A stretch of 37,749 nt of DNA from Gemmatimonadales bacterium (GCA_041599395.1 JBFHWR010000002.1:1-37749); one strand, 5' to 3'. Numbered from the stretch's first letter, positions 8,956 to 18,779 are shown. The notes: generated by a model not told the origin, from the letters alone. Program-made: numbers and translations.

Positions 8956-9336
8956 TCACGCCGGCGGCACTCGCTCATCGTCTCGATGAACGAGGGCGGG
9001 CGAGAAGGCGGGGAGGCAGACTGCGATGTACTCGGCGCCCGGCGGCTCGGGTGTGCTGTACCGGATCCACTCGCCTTTGCGAGTGATCACTGCCTGACCG
9101 GCCCGGACGTTGAGGGCACCGCCCTCATGCTCCACTCGCAGCATGCCGCTCAGCACGACGGTGAATTCATCGAAGTCCGGTCTCTGGCCGGGTTCGACCC
9201 AACCGCTCGGGCTCTGCATGTGGGCAATGCTCACGTCGGTGGTGTCCGAGTTCACTCGGCCGATATGCTCATCGATGATCTTGGGCTTCGAGCCGGCGGC
9301 GGGAATACGGGTGGCGGACCCAATGAGCGTGGGCAT
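8956..9336 (-). CDS. cupin domain-containing protein
   Basis: This is a 126-aa small beta-barrel-type sequence (..GWVEPGQRPDFDEFTVVLSGMLRVEHEGG..VRAGQAVI...G.W.RY). The assignment rests on overall pattern only. Confidence 0.65.
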   Translation of the reverse strand: MPTLIGSATRIPAAGSKPKIIDEHIGRVNSDTTDVSIAHMQSPSGWVEPGQRPDFDEFTVVLSGMLRVEHEGGALNVRAGQAVITRKGEWIRYSTPEPPGAEYIAVCLPAFSPALVHRDDERVPPA

Positions 9337-9455
9337 GTTTGCAGGGCTCCGACGAGAGTGAAAGGGTGTTGTTCGTGCAACAGTATACGTCTGTCAACTG
9401 CATAGCGGGATGGACCCGGAGCGGCGCGCCGGCGCGGCCGGGCGTCCGCGGACGA

Positions 9456-10781
9456 TTGGCACCCGGCGGGCGTATTGCGCAAGTCACCGCGGTGATGGCC
9501 ACGCTGTTCTGGGGCAGTGGGTGCAATTCCCAGTTCATTCAAGACACTTTCGTCGGACAGACGCCGCACGAGCGATACGAAGTGAGCCTGCGCGCCGCCA
9601 ATCTGGCTGAGACGGCCCTGGGGAAGGATTGGCTGGCGGCGGCAGACCAAAGCCTGCAGGTCGCGTTGGGGATCACGACTCCGTTTGAGGAGGTCGGCTA
9701 CCTCGACCCCACCGAGGCTCGCGCAGTCGGCTACCGCGTCAACATGCGACGCGGCCAGCACATCAGCGCAAAGATCGAGGTCGAGGATAGCCGTTCCGTT
9801 TTGGTATTCCTCGACCTGTTTGTCCTCGGGACCAATGCCGTGCCTCGCCTGCTGACATCCGCGGACAGCGGGAGCCATGAGATCGAGTACACCGCCCGGC
9901 GGGACGGGCAATACCTCCTCCGCATTCAGCCCGAACTCCTGCGGGGAGGGCGGTACTCCTTCGAGGCATCGGTCACCGGCTCCCTCGCGTTTCCAGTGGG
10001 TGGCCACGACATCGATGCCATCCTCAGTGTCTTCGGCGACCCCCGAGACGGAGGCCGTCGCCGGCATCACGGCGTCGATATCTTCGCGGCGCGGGGTACT
10101 CCCGTCGTGGCGGTCGCGAGTGGCGTGATCAATCGCGTCGGCTCGACGCGGCTGGGCGGCAAGATCATTTGGCAACGCGACAGCCTGGGCCAATCGTTTT
10201 ACTACGCGCATCTCGACCGTCAGGTCGTCACGACGGGAGCGTCCGTCGCACGGGGAGACACGATCGGGTTCGTTGGCAATTCAGGTAATGCCCGCACCAC
10301 CCCTCCCCACTTGCATTTTGGCGTCTATCAAAGAGGACCGAAGGACCCGTTTCCCTATTTGGAGCAACTTCCGACGAACCCGAGGACCTTTATCGGCGAG
10401 TTGGCGCAACTTGGCCAATGGGCTCGGGCACGCCGCGCCGGGACGCGAGTCCGTGAGTCGCCGACGATTCGTGCTCGGGTGAAGACCGAGGTTCCGCTCC
10501 ACACGCCGATGCGTGTCCTCGCCGGCACCGGGAGCTGGTACCGGGTCTACCTGCCCGACGGGACGACCGGCTTCGTGTCGGCCGCCGTGACAGAAGCCGC
10601 GAACGACGCCATCCAAACTCTCGCCGGGGGCGCGATGGTGCTGAGCGGACCTACACTGGCCGCGGCGCCCGTGGACAGCGTCGAGCCCGGGGAACACGTG
10701 CCGGTCCTGGGAATGTTCGGGGAGTTCGCCCTCGTGCAGTCGTCAAAAGGACGCGCCGGCTGGGTCCATCTGCTGGATTAG
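9456..10781 (+). CDS. M23 family metallopeptidase with C-terminal SH3b-like domains, probable lipoprotein
   Basis: M23 motifs are HHGVDIFAARGTPV, YYAHL and GNSGNARTTPPHLHFGVY. The C-terminal repeats resemble SH3 (W.RV.LPDG.TGFV; GWVHL). Start is uncertain: TTG 9456 gives a lipobox-like ..VTAVMATLFWGSGC, and the longest ORF starts at TTG 9339. Confidence 0.8.
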   Translation: MAPGGRIAQVTAVMATLFWGSGCNSQFIQDTFVGQTPHERYEVSLRAANLAETALGKDWLAAADQSLQVALGITTPFEEVGYLDPTEARAVGYRVNMRRGQHISAKIEVEDSRSVLVFLDLFVLGTNAVPRLLTSADSGSHEIEYTARRDGQYLLRIQPELLRGGRYSFEASVTGSLAFPVGGHDIDAILSVFGDPRDGGRRRHHGVDIFAARGTPVVAVASGVINRVGSTRLGGKIIWQRDSLGQSFYYAHLDRQVVTTGASVARGDTIGFVGNSGNARTTPPHLHFGVYQRGPKDPFPYLEQLPTNPRTFIGELAQLGQWARARRAGTRVRESPTIRARVKTEVPLHTPMRVLAGTGSWYRVYLPDGTTGFVSAAVTEAANDAIQTLAGGAMVLSGPTLAAAPVDSVEPGEHVPVLGMFGEFALVQSSKGRAGWVHLLD

Positions 10782-10799
10782 GAGTTCAGCGAACCAGGG

Positions 10800-11285
10800 T
10801 CAGCTCGCTCGCGTACCACGGCGCACGTCTTTGGGTTGGCGCTGACGCCGCTTCTTCATTTCGAACACGTACGTGTTCAGATACTCGATTGTATCCCGCT
10901 GGCCCTGTAGCTGGAACGCCAGGATGTCCCCGCTGGTGACAATCCCGCACAGCTCGCCGTCGCAGACCACCGGAAGGTGACGGATGTTGTTGCCGGTCAT
11001 CGTGCGGATGCATTCGTTTGGCGTATCTTCGAGGCAACAGGTGATTACCTGATCCGTCATTACGTCTTGAACCAGGGTTGAGACGGGGTCGCGACTCTCG
11101 GCAACGACCCGCTCGAGAATGTCCCGTTCGGTGATGATGCCGCGTATCTGATCGTCCTCCGTCACGAGCACGCTGCCGATCTCGTGCGTGTTCATGAGCG
11201 TGGCGGCGGCCAGTACCGTCTCGCCCCCTCCGATCGAGACAACGGTGACACCCTTCGTCTGTAGTAGTTGGCTAACGGTGGCCAT
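10800..11285 (-). CDS. CBS domain pair protein
   Basis: Two CBS repeats are visible (..IGSVLVTEDDQIRGIITERDIL.. and ..NIRHLPVVCDGELCGIVTSGDIL..). Start taken at MATVSQLL (11285). Confidence 0.85.
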   Translation of the reverse strand: MATVSQLLQTKGVTVVSIGGGETVLAAATLMNTHEIGSVLVTEDDQIRGIITERDILERVVAESRDPVSTLVQDVMTDQVITCCLEDTPNECIRTMTGNNIRHLPVVCDGELCGIVTSGDILAFQLQGQRDTIEYLNTYVFEMKKRRQRQPKDVRRGTRAS

Positions 11286-11445
11286 GCATCCGATTCCCTC
11301 ACCAGTCCCCACTGATCCGCCTTCCGACCGTCCGGAAGCACGCTTCCGTAAAGTCGACGGTGCAAGAAACACGCCGAGTGCATCGGCACTGGCATTCACG
11401 TGTTGTTTGGAGGATGCGACGCGGCATCGTCGCCGCGGGAACCAG

Positions 11446-12159
11446 CTAGACGGAGGCCCCTTCGAGCGTTTGTGCTGCGGCCGGGCGAGTGCGCCGCCGC
11501 GTCACGCGCCGCATCTCCATGAGAGTGCGGGAGGCCACGTGAATCCACGGCGTTCCGGTCTTCACGCCTACGGGCTGGACGGACCGCAGAGCCTCCCGGA
11601 ACGCTGCGACAGAGTCGAACGCCGGCATCCTCGTGAACGCGCGTCCCAGCTCCCACGAAAAGTGCGCATCCGATCCTGCGAGCGCCGGCAACGATCGGCA
11701 CGCCGCGGCGAAAGCGGCACGCCGGTTCCATCGTCGCAGAAAGGCGCGCGAGTTGAAGACTTCGACGGCGTCCGCAACTGCCAGCGCACGTTCCGCGTGC
11801 TGTCTGCTCCGCATGGCATACGCGTACGGGTGTGGCGCGTACACAATTCCGCCCTGGTCGCGGATCCGCTCGGCGCATTCCTCGACACTGAGATCTCCGG
11901 GAACACGATGCGAGAGAAAGAGGCCGATGAGGTGTGTGCCGCAGCGACAGGTGATTTCCTCGCCGACGAGCACCCGATCAGGATGCCGGCTCGCGGCCTC
12001 GAGCGCACCCTCGATTTCGTTGTGGTCGGTGATGGCGATTCGGTCGAGGCCGGCCTCGACCGCGCGGTCCACAAACTCGGCGGGAGCGAGCGTTGCGTCG
12101 GGAGAGTAGCTCGTGTGTGCGTGGAAATCGACTTTGATGATGGCGTCTTCGGGGTTCAT
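11446..12159 (-). CDS. PHP domain-containing metal-dependent phosphoesterase
   Basis: PHP motifs are KVDFHAHTSYSPDA, IAITDHN, ...YAPHP and GSDAH. Start taken at MNPEDAII (12159). Confidence 0.85.
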   Translation of the reverse strand: MNPEDAIIKVDFHAHTSYSPDATLAPAEFVDRAVEAGLDRIAITDHNEIEGALEAASRHPDRVLVGEEITCRCGTHLIGLFLSHRVPGDLSVEECAERIRDQGGIVYAPHPYAYAMRSRQHAERALAVADAVEVFNSRAFLRRWNRRAAFAAACRSLPALAGSDAHFSWELGRAFTRMPAFDSVAAFREALRSVQPVGVKTGTPWIHVASRTLMEMRRVTRRRTRPAAAQTLEGASV

Positions 12160-12435
12160 CGCTTCTCGTTGACGATCGTGAACGTCCAGGCACACGTGCG
12201 GTGACCCAAACTCGTCGCAAAAATCGGGCCGCGGCACTGGGTCGCGGCAGCGTGATGCAGACGTCCGCCCGCGTGCGTGCTTCGCTGTCCGGTGCGTGGT
12301 AGATGTTCAACGGGGCTAGCACGGAGGGACGTCGCGACTCCTGCATATTGCCATGAATGTGGAGGGTGGCACGGCGGCCCGGCGCAGGTCACGGGTCGTC
12401 CAGTTGGCAGAACTGAAAACCCGTGCTACCGAGGG

Positions 12436-13158
12436 TCAGCTGACTTTGGCCTCGCCCATGACCCTGACTAATCCGCCAAATCTGCGCTCGCGTCGATGGA
12501 ACTCGGAGATCGCCGCTGCGAGGTCCGGGCGCCGGAACTCCGGCCAGTACACGTGTGTGAAGTACAACTCCGCGTACGCCGCCTCCCACAGCAGAAAGTC
12601 GGAGAGCCGAGCCTCACTCGCGGTCCGGATCACGAGATCCACCTGGGGAGTTCCCTGAGTGATGTGGAAATGCAACAGTTCTGAGGAAATCTCGTCCGGT
12701 CTGAGGGCTCCCCGCGCGGTGAGGTCCGCCAGCTGAGTCGCGGCCTGTGTGATGGTCCAGCGCGAGCTGTAGTCAATCGCGAGCCGGAGGTGGAGGGTGG
12801 ATCCGCCAGCGGTGGCCGTCTCGAGCTCGCACAGCGCTGCGAGCGCGGACTGGGGGATTCGGTCCCGCCGGCCGATTGCCGTCACCTTGACGCTGTTCTC
12901 GAGCAACTCCTGGCGTTCCCGGCGGCAGTATTCACGCAACAGCCAAAACAGGCGCCCCACCTCCGTCGGGGGTCGCTTCCAGTTGTCGCTGGAAAAGGCG
13001 TAGAGTGTGAGCGTGTCGATTCCGAGGTCTGGAGCGGCCTCCACCACATCGCGCACGCTGTCCACGCCAGCCAGGTGCCCGCGCCAGCGCGGCTTCCGTC
13101 GGCTCCGCGCCCACCGGCCATTCCCGTCCATGATGATCCCGACGTGCAGTCCGCTCAT
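12436..13158 (-). CDS. uppS: isoprenyl transferase / undecaprenyl-diphosphate synthase family (cis-prenyltransferase)
   Basis: Family motifs are HVGIIMDGNGRWA, LTLYAFSSDNWKRP, IRTASEARLSDFLLWEAAYAELYF and F.RRERRFG. Its ATG overlaps the upstream regulator's stop (ATGA, 13155..13158). Confidence 0.9.
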   Translation of the reverse strand: MSGLHVGIIMDGNGRWARSRRKPRWRGHLAGVDSVRDVVEAAPDLGIDTLTLYAFSSDNWKRPPTEVGRLFWLLREYCRRERQELLENSVKVTAIGRRDRIPQSALAALCELETATAGGSTLHLRLAIDYSSRWTITQAATQLADLTARGALRPDEISSELLHFHITQGTPQVDLVIRTASEARLSDFLLWEAAYAELYFTHVYWPEFRRPDLAAAISEFHRRERRFGGLVRVMGEAKVS

Positions 13159-13478
13159 TTGCGTTCCAACGCCTCCCGGGCTTCGGTGAGAATCGTTTCC
13201 ATGTTGTCCAGGTAACCTTTGAGAGCCCGGCGGCCGTTTTCTGTGAGCTGGTATGCAGTCCGGGGTTTCCGATCCGCAAAGCTTTTCGACACCTTGATGT
13301 ATCCCGCCTCCTCCAGCTTGCGAGCGTGGACGCTCAGGTTGCCGTCCGTGGTCTTCAGGATCTGTTTGAGATCGTGGAAACTCATGCTGTCGCCGGCGGC
13401 GAGAGCGGAGACAATGCCGAGCCGCAGGCGTTCGTGGATGAGACGGTCGAGCCCGTCGGTGACTGCGCTAGCCACCAT
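13155..13478 (-). CDS. winged-helix DNA-binding transcriptional regulator (HTH_34/MarR-like small family)
   Basis: The sequence is LIHERLRLGIVSALAAGDSMSFHDLKQILKTTDGNLSVHARKLEEAGYIKV...RTAYQLTENGRRAL. Start taken at MVASAV (13478). It overlaps the upstream membrane gene by 11 nt. Confidence 0.8.
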   Translation of the reverse strand: MVASAVTDGLDRLIHERLRLGIVSALAAGDSMSFHDLKQILKTTDGNLSVHARKLEEAGYIKVSKSFADRKPRTAYQLTENGRRALKGYLDNMETILTEAREALERK

Positions 13479-14049
13479 GTCGCCACACGATGTCGAGCCC
13501 GATGATGATGTGGAGTCCGCCGAATCCCATGGCAAGGGCGATGAGGCCCAGTCCCGGCGTGAAAAGCGCGAGGGCTCCGAGCGCCAGAAAAGCCACGCCC
13601 ATCCAGCGAATCGCACGCACTGAAAAAATTGCTCCTGCCGTAACGCCGGCGCCGTAGAGGGTGAGCCAAATGCCGGGGAGCATGTGGGGGGCGTCGTTCA
13701 CCAACATGGCGAACGTGAGCAGCGCGCCCGCCAGGATGGGCGGCGTCATGACCCAGACCATTCTCCGGAAGGCGCCCGACCAGACGGGTACCTCGAGACG
13801 ACGGGCTTTTTGGGCGTTCGCGACCGAGGCAAACACGACGGAGATGGCGGCGGCGGGAATCCACACGCGGAGATCGGCGGCGATTTGGGCGGCCCACGCC
13901 AACCAGGCTGCAACCAGGCCGATCGCACCGCACGCCACCAGGCCCCATCCGGAGACCGGGGTGAACGTCGAGGCGGACTCCATGGTCCGCCGGATGAAGG
14001 CAAGCGTCTCCTGGGCGTGCTGCTGGTCGCTCTGAGTCGGGATTGTCAC
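13468..14049 (-). CDS. hypothetical polytopic membrane protein (partner of the wHTH regulator)
   Basis: This 193-aa ORF has 5-6 hydrophobic helices. It starts at GTG 14049, after GGAGGAG. I recognise no family. Confidence 0.65.
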   Translation of the reverse strand: MTIPTQSDQQHAQETLAFIRRTMESASTFTPVSGWGLVACGAIGLVAAWLAWAAQIAADLRVWIPAAAISVVFASVANAQKARRLEVPVWSGAFRRMVWVMTPPILAGALLTFAMLVNDAPHMLPGIWLTLYGAGVTAGAIFSVRAIRWMGVAFLALGALALFTPGLGLIALAMGFGGLHIIIGLDIVWRHGG

Positions 14050-14072
14050 GTCTCCTCCGCGGCGAAGCTATG

Positions 14073-14091
14073 TACTTTACATTACAAAGTA
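14073..14091. promoter_or_regulatory. perfect inverted repeat TACTTT-N7-AAAGTA, candidate operator
   Basis: This is the only AT-rich patch in the 249-nt divergent intergenic region. It lies 24-42 nt upstream of the GTG of the membrane/wHTH/uppS operon. Confidence 0.4.
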
Positions 14092-14203
14092 TCCTCATCC
14101 GCGCAAGCCCAGCCAGTTCGGCCGTCGGCCCAGGACCGGGCCGTGGGACCCCGTCAGCCCCGCCACCCCGGGGCGGCCCGGCTGGCGAGGTTTGTGAAGG
14201 ACC

Positions 14204-14233
14204 TTGAGCCATCCGGGAGCGCCTAATTACAAT
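14204..14233 (+). promoter_or_regulatory. sigma70-like promoter candidate for the ABC operon
   Basis: The elements are TTGAGC (14204..14209), an 18-nt spacer and TACAAT (14228..14233), about 65 nt upstream of ATG 14299. Confidence 0.35.
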
Positions 14234-14298
14234 TTCTCACCTCCGGCGGCTGCAGATGACGGAGCTGAATCTCGGGTTGGTCTCACAGTGGAAACAGC

Positions 14299-15240
14299 AT
14301 GTCCATCTTATCACTCGTAAACGTGAGCAAGCACTTTGGGGACGTGAAAGCCGTCGACGGCGTCACGTTTTCCGTTGATCGCGGGCAGGTCGTTGGGTTT
14401 CTCGGCCCGAACGGGGCCGGTAAGTCAACGACGATGCGAATGATCAATCAGTTCTTCGATCCGGATGAAGGGGATATCGAGTTCGACGGCGCGCCGCTTC
14501 ACGAGGCGGGTCGGGAGGCGAAGCGCCGGATCGGGTATCTCGCCGAAAACAATCCGATCTACGAGGACATGCTGGTCGCGGATTATTTGTCGTACTTCGC
14601 CGACCTCCGTCAACTGACTGGGCCGGCGCGTGCGGGCGCGATCGACGAGGCGGTGCACGCGACAGGGATCGCCAGCGTGTTTTTCCGACCGCTTGGCGAG
14701 CTGTCCAAAGGGTTCCGGCAACGGGTGGGTCTCGCCCAGGCCATCCTGCATCGGCCGGACCTCTTGGTGCTCGATGAACCCACCGAAGGGCTCGACCCCA
14801 ATCAGCGACTCGAGATTCGCCGCCTCATTGAACATCTCGGACAAGACCGCACCGTGATTCTCTCGACGCACGTGCTTTCTGAGGTGCATCAAACATGCTC
14901 GCGGCTCTTGGTGATTCACGAGGGCCGCATCGCGGCCGACGGGCCGGTGGAGCAGCTGACCGCACAGGCCGAGGGGAAAACACAGGTGGCCGTGGAGGTC
15001 GCTGGGACGGGCGTTCGGGATGCCCTCCGTTCGCTCGACGGCGTCGAGCACGTCGAGCACCTGCGGGAGCAAGATGGGCGCGTGGCGGTGTCGGTGACGG
15101 CCGACCGGGCAAGCGACATTCGTCCGGCGATCTTCGAGTTGGCCAAAGCCAAAGGGTGGACGTTGTTCGAGCTTCATGAGGAGGCCCGAAGTCTCGAAGC
15201 CCTCTTCCAGGAACTCACGAGCAGCTCTCAACAGTCATGA
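14299..15240 (+). CDS. ABC transporter ATP-binding protein (ABC-2/GldA-like)
   Basis: It has Walker A GPNGAGKST, the signature LSKGFRQR and Walker B LLVLDEPTEGLD. An ATGA overlap links it to the next gene. Confidence 0.95.
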   Translation: MSILSLVNVSKHFGDVKAVDGVTFSVDRGQVVGFLGPNGAGKSTTMRMINQFFDPDEGDIEFDGAPLHEAGREAKRRIGYLAENNPIYEDMLVADYLSYFADLRQLTGPARAGAIDEAVHATGIASVFFRPLGELSKGFRQRVGLAQAILHRPDLLVLDEPTEGLDPNQRLEIRRLIEHLGQDRTVILSTHVLSEVHQTCSRLLVIHEGRIAADGPVEQLTAQAEGKTQVAVEVAGTGVRDALRSLDGVEHVEHLREQDGRVAVSVTADRASDIRPAIFELAKAKGWTLFELHEEARSLEALFQELTSSSQQS

Positions 15241-17483
15241 ACCGAATCTGGACCATTGCCAAGCGCGAACTGAAGGTGCTGTTTGACCATCCCACCGGCT
15301 ACATCCTCGTGGTGGTCTTTCTCGCGCTGAATAATTTCCTGTTCTTCCGCCAGGCGTACCTGATGTCGCTGGCGACGCTCCGGCCCATGCTGGACCTGTT
15401 GCCCTGGTTACTGCTGTTCTTTGTCCCCGCTGTCACGATGCGTTCCCTCGCCGAGGAAGTCCGGGGCGGCACGATCGAAGTGGTGTTGGCCCAGCCGGTC
15501 ACCGAACTCGAGTTCCTGATCGGGAAGTATGTCGGGCAACTCCTGTTCATCTGTTTTGGGCTCGCCCTCACCTTTGCGATCCCCCTCGGCCTCTCCCTTG
15601 GCGCCGACATTCAGGTTGGCGTGGTGTTCGCGCAGTACGTGGGCGCTGCGATGCTGGCCGCCGGGTTCACCAGTGTTGGTATGTGGGCGTCCAGTCTCAC
15701 GCGGAATCAGATCACGGCGTTCATCATCGGTGTCGCCGTGATGTTCCTGCTGGTTTTCATCGGGCTCAATGCACAACTCGTTGGATTACCGCCGGTCCTC
15801 GCGGCTGTCGCCGCCAACCTCGGCGTGCTCTCGCACTTCGAAAACATCGCGCGGGGCCTGCTGGACCTGCGCGATCTGATCTATTTCACCACGCTCGCGG
15901 CGATCTTTCTCATCCTGGCATACTGGGTGTTGGTGGGCCGCAAGCTGGCCCCCACGGGCGAAGCATTGAAACGACTCCGGGCCGGCGCCACGATGCTCGT
16001 GGCCACGATGGTCGTCGTCAATTTGTTCGGGAGACAGATCAAGGGACGGATCGACCTCACGCCCGGCAATGCGTACACGCTCTCGCCCGCATCGAAGGAG
16101 ATCGTGTCGACTGTCGACGATCGCGTCACGGTCACGCTCTTCGCGTCGAAAGAACTGCCGACCGAGATCGCGCTCAGAAAACGTGACGTGGAAGACTTGC
16201 TGGGTGATCTCCGTTCCGCGTCCGCGGGGCGGGTGCGATACGTCGTGCGCGACCCGAGTGACGACGAGGACGCCGCAAATCAGGCGCAGGCGGTTGGCAT
16301 CCCACCGGTGCAGTTCAACGTGTACGGACAAGCGGAGCTGACAGTCAAAGAGGGGTACTTCGGTCTGTCCGTTCAGTATGCCGACGACACGGAGACGATC
16401 CCACTGATTCAGCGCACGGACGACCTGGAATACCGTCTCGTGTCCTTCATTCGTTCGCTGACACGTGCCGCGAAGCCGACCATCGGTATCGTCGCGCAAG
16501 CCGGGCCTCAGGGTCAGCTCGGTGTGAGCACACTGCAGCAGCAGCTGGGAACTGCCTACGAGACCCGGGTGGTCTCGATCGAGCGCGATTCGTTGAGCGT
16601 CGCGCAGATGCCGGCGATCGTCGTGGCAGGCGGGGGCGGTGTGCTCGCGGATTCCGTGGTCGACAAGGTCAGCGCCTATCTCGCCGAGGGTGGAAGCGCG
16701 TTGGTTTTGGCAAGCGGGATGGAGCTTTCGCCGCAGCAGCCGTTCGCGTCGCCCAGTCCGGTCGGGTGGAACCGACTGTTGGAGCCGTATGGCGTGTCGA
16801 TCCGTCCCGATATGGCGTACGACCTCATGTCGAATGAACGCGTCGCGGTGCCCGCGTCCTTCGGCCGGATTTTGATGGCGTACCCATTTTGGGTACGCGC
16901 GGTCAGCACGCGCCTCGCGTCAATGAACCAAGAAATCGAAACGGTGTTCTTCCCCTGGGGGAGCACCGTTGACACGTCGAACGCCGCCCCCGGAACCGTG
17001 ACGCCCCTGTTCACGACGACGGAGGCCGGAGGCGTCGAATCCGGTCAGGCGTTCATTGCGCCGCAGCGGCAAGACTATTCGCGTGAGGATCTCGCGTCGC
17101 GACTGCTCGGCGCAGTGATCAACCCGTTGAATACCGAGGGAGAAGACGATTCCGGGAGCGAGCGTCTACGCGGTCGCATTGTCGTGATCGGCAACGGCGA
17201 TTTCGTGAGCGACCAGTACGTCGCTAACGCGCCGCAGAACGTGGTCTTCGTGTTGAATGCCGTTGACTGGCTCGCGCAAGATGAGGCACTCGTCAGTATT
17301 CGTTCGAAAAACCGCACCCCCCCGTCACTCAGTTTTTCGAGCGCAACGAAGCGAGATCTCGCCCGATACGGCAACATCATCGGGGTGCCGTTGTTGGTGA
17401 TCGTCGCCGGATTCATCCACGTTCTTCGCCGCCGCCGCCGCACCCGCCAGCAATACGTCCCGCTGACGGCAGGTGCCGCATGA
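15237..17483 (+). CDS. fused ABC-2 permease (GldF-like) / GldG-like 'ABC-type uncharacterized transport system' protein
   Basis: The N-terminal ~240 aa form a six-helix ABC-2 permease. A large soluble region follows, then a C-terminal TM helix and an RRRRR anchor, which is the GldG architecture. It is coupled to its flanking genes by ATGA overlaps. Confidence 0.8.
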   Translation: MNRIWTIAKRELKVLFDHPTGYILVVVFLALNNFLFFRQAYLMSLATLRPMLDLLPWLLLFFVPAVTMRSLAEEVRGGTIEVVLAQPVTELEFLIGKYVGQLLFICFGLALTFAIPLGLSLGADIQVGVVFAQYVGAAMLAAGFTSVGMWASSLTRNQITAFIIGVAVMFLLVFIGLNAQLVGLPPVLAAVAANLGVLSHFENIARGLLDLRDLIYFTTLAAIFLILAYWVLVGRKLAPTGEALKRLRAGATMLVATMVVVNLFGRQIKGRIDLTPGNAYTLSPASKEIVSTVDDRVTVTLFASKELPTEIALRKRDVEDLLGDLRSASAGRVRYVVRDPSDDEDAANQAQAVGIPPVQFNVYGQAELTVKEGYFGLSVQYADDTETIPLIQRTDDLEYRLVSFIRSLTRAAKPTIGIVAQAGPQGQLGVSTLQQQLGTAYETRVVSIERDSLSVAQMPAIVVAGGGGVLADSVVDKVSAYLAEGGSALVLASGMELSPQQPFASPSPVGWNRLLEPYGVSIRPDMAYDLMSNERVAVPASFGRILMAYPFWVRAVSTRLASMNQEIETVFFPWGSTVDTSNAAPGTVTPLFTTTEAGGVESGQAFIAPQRQDYSREDLASRLLGAVINPLNTEGEDDSGSERLRGRIVVIGNGDFVSDQYVANAPQNVVFVLNAVDWLAQDEALVSIRSKNRTPPSLSFSSATKRDLARYGNIIGVPLLVIVAGFIHVLRRRRRTRQQYVPLTAGAA

Positions 17484-18376
17484 GCTCACAACAGTTGAAG
17501 CGTGTGGCGCTGGGTTTGGTGGTCGTCATCTTTCTCTGGGGTGCGTCGCATATCGTGACGCGGGGTGGGGATGAGCCGGAATCAGATATCGTGTTCCCGG
17601 CGCTGGACGCCGTCGATGTCGACTCCATCATCATCTCCCGGCCCGCGGACACCCTGATCTTGGCCAGAACGGGTACCGCGTGGACCGTGAACGGCCGAGA
17701 CGCATCCGCGGACGCGATCAGTCAGATGTTCAACGCGCTGAACGCGGCGAGCCCTGCGCCGCTCATGGCGACAAGGGACGCGCTGCATGCCCGCATGGGC
17801 GTCGATTCGGCCTCGGCGAAGCGACTGCGGTTCGTGCACGGCGAGCGAAGCCTCGGGACCTTTCTCTTCGGCAACCGGGGGAGTCTCTTCAACAGCGTGT
17901 TCGTGAGACGGTCCGGCGAAGCCGAGGTGTACCAATACACGGGCAGCTTGAGTCGATTGGTGGACCAGGGTATCGACGACTGGCGGAACAAGCAGGTGGT
18001 GGACCTCGAGGCCGATAGCATCGGGTCCGTCGTGGTGAGTCGGCGGCGCGGAGGGTACACCGTGACGCGAGCCGACAGCGGGTGGACGGTCGGCGCATCG
18101 CCGGCAGACTCGGCGGCGGTGGAGCGTCTGTTGGGGCAGTACGGGCCCCTCACCGCGACCGGCTTTCCCACCGACGCGCAGTTGGATTCAGCAAACTTCG
18201 ACCGGCCCGACCTGACCGTCACGGTACTCGGCTTGACGGGTGATACCTTGGCCGCGTTGGCGTTCGACTCTTCGGCAGCCGCCTACTGGCTACGGAGAGG
18301 GTCCGATGGAACGGTGTTCCGGGTACTGCAATGGAAGGTCAATCAGCTGGCCCCGGCCGACAGCACGCTCCGCTGA
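17480..18376 (+). CDS. DUF4340 domain-containing protein
   Basis: It has an N-terminal TM anchor (VALGLVVVIFLWGA). It occupies the position immediately after GldG-like genes that is typical of DUF4340. The sequence is repetitive and beta-rich. Confidence 0.65.
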   Translation: MSSQQLKRVALGLVVVIFLWGASHIVTRGGDEPESDIVFPALDAVDVDSIIISRPADTLILARTGTAWTVNGRDASADAISQMFNALNAASPAPLMATRDALHARMGVDSASAKRLRFVHGERSLGTFLFGNRGSLFNSVFVRRSGEAEVYQYTGSLSRLVDQGIDDWRNKQVVDLEADSIGSVVVSRRRGGYTVTRADSGWTVGASPADSAAVERLLGQYGPLTATGFPTDAQLDSANFDRPDLTVTVLGLTGDTLAALAFDSSAAAYWLRRGSDGTVFRVLQWKVNQLAPADSTLR

Positions 18377-18462
18377 CGGATGTGCTCTCTCCCCCGGTGA
18401 CGGTGACGCGCGTGCTCGAGCGGACTGGCGGACCCGTTGCACCTCCTGGGCCGTGACGCAGT

Positions 18463-18768
18463 CTAGTCCCCGGTGCCCGCTCCTCGGTGCAGGCGAACGC
18501 GGACACCCATCACACGGAAGCCAACGGCCGTGAACAACGGCAATGCCAGAACGCACACCACGGTTGGAACGGCAACACGAGTGACGAGACCGGTCCCTCC
18601 GAGTACAGCGTGCAGTAGGCCCCAAACAACCAGATAGAGGGCGAACGTCCCGACCAATCCGAGCACCTGACGGGTCCCCGAGCCGCCCTCGACGTGTACC
18701 GGGCATCCGCCGATGTACACGGCGATGAGTGTCCAAAACAGCGAGATTGGAATCAGCCAGTCGAGCAT
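18463..18768 (-). CDS. small hypothetical membrane protein (3 predicted helices)
   Basis: This 101-aa hydrophobic ORF lies 11 nt downstream of the DUF1775 gene on the same strand. Confidence 0.55.
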   Translation of the reverse strand: MLDWLIPISLFWTLIAVYIGGCPVHVEGGSGTRQVLGLVGTFALYLVVWGLLHAVLGGTGLVTRVAVPTVVCVLALPLFTAVGFRVMGVRVRLHRGAGTGD

Positions 18769-18779
18769 CGTCTCCCTCC

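Noticed and set aside
12389-12435. tRNA-like D-loop string (CAGTTGGCAGAAC) just downstream of uppS, and TCGAATCC strings near 28071 and 28214
   Set aside because: No cloverleaf can be drawn. There are no complementary acceptor or T stems and no GTTCGAATC T-loop flanked by a 5-bp stem. The 12389..12435 segment instead forms a nested hairpin (CACGGGT...ACCCGTG with inner CAGTT/AACTG) on the minus strand. It lacks a U-tract, so at best it is a weak terminator for uppS.
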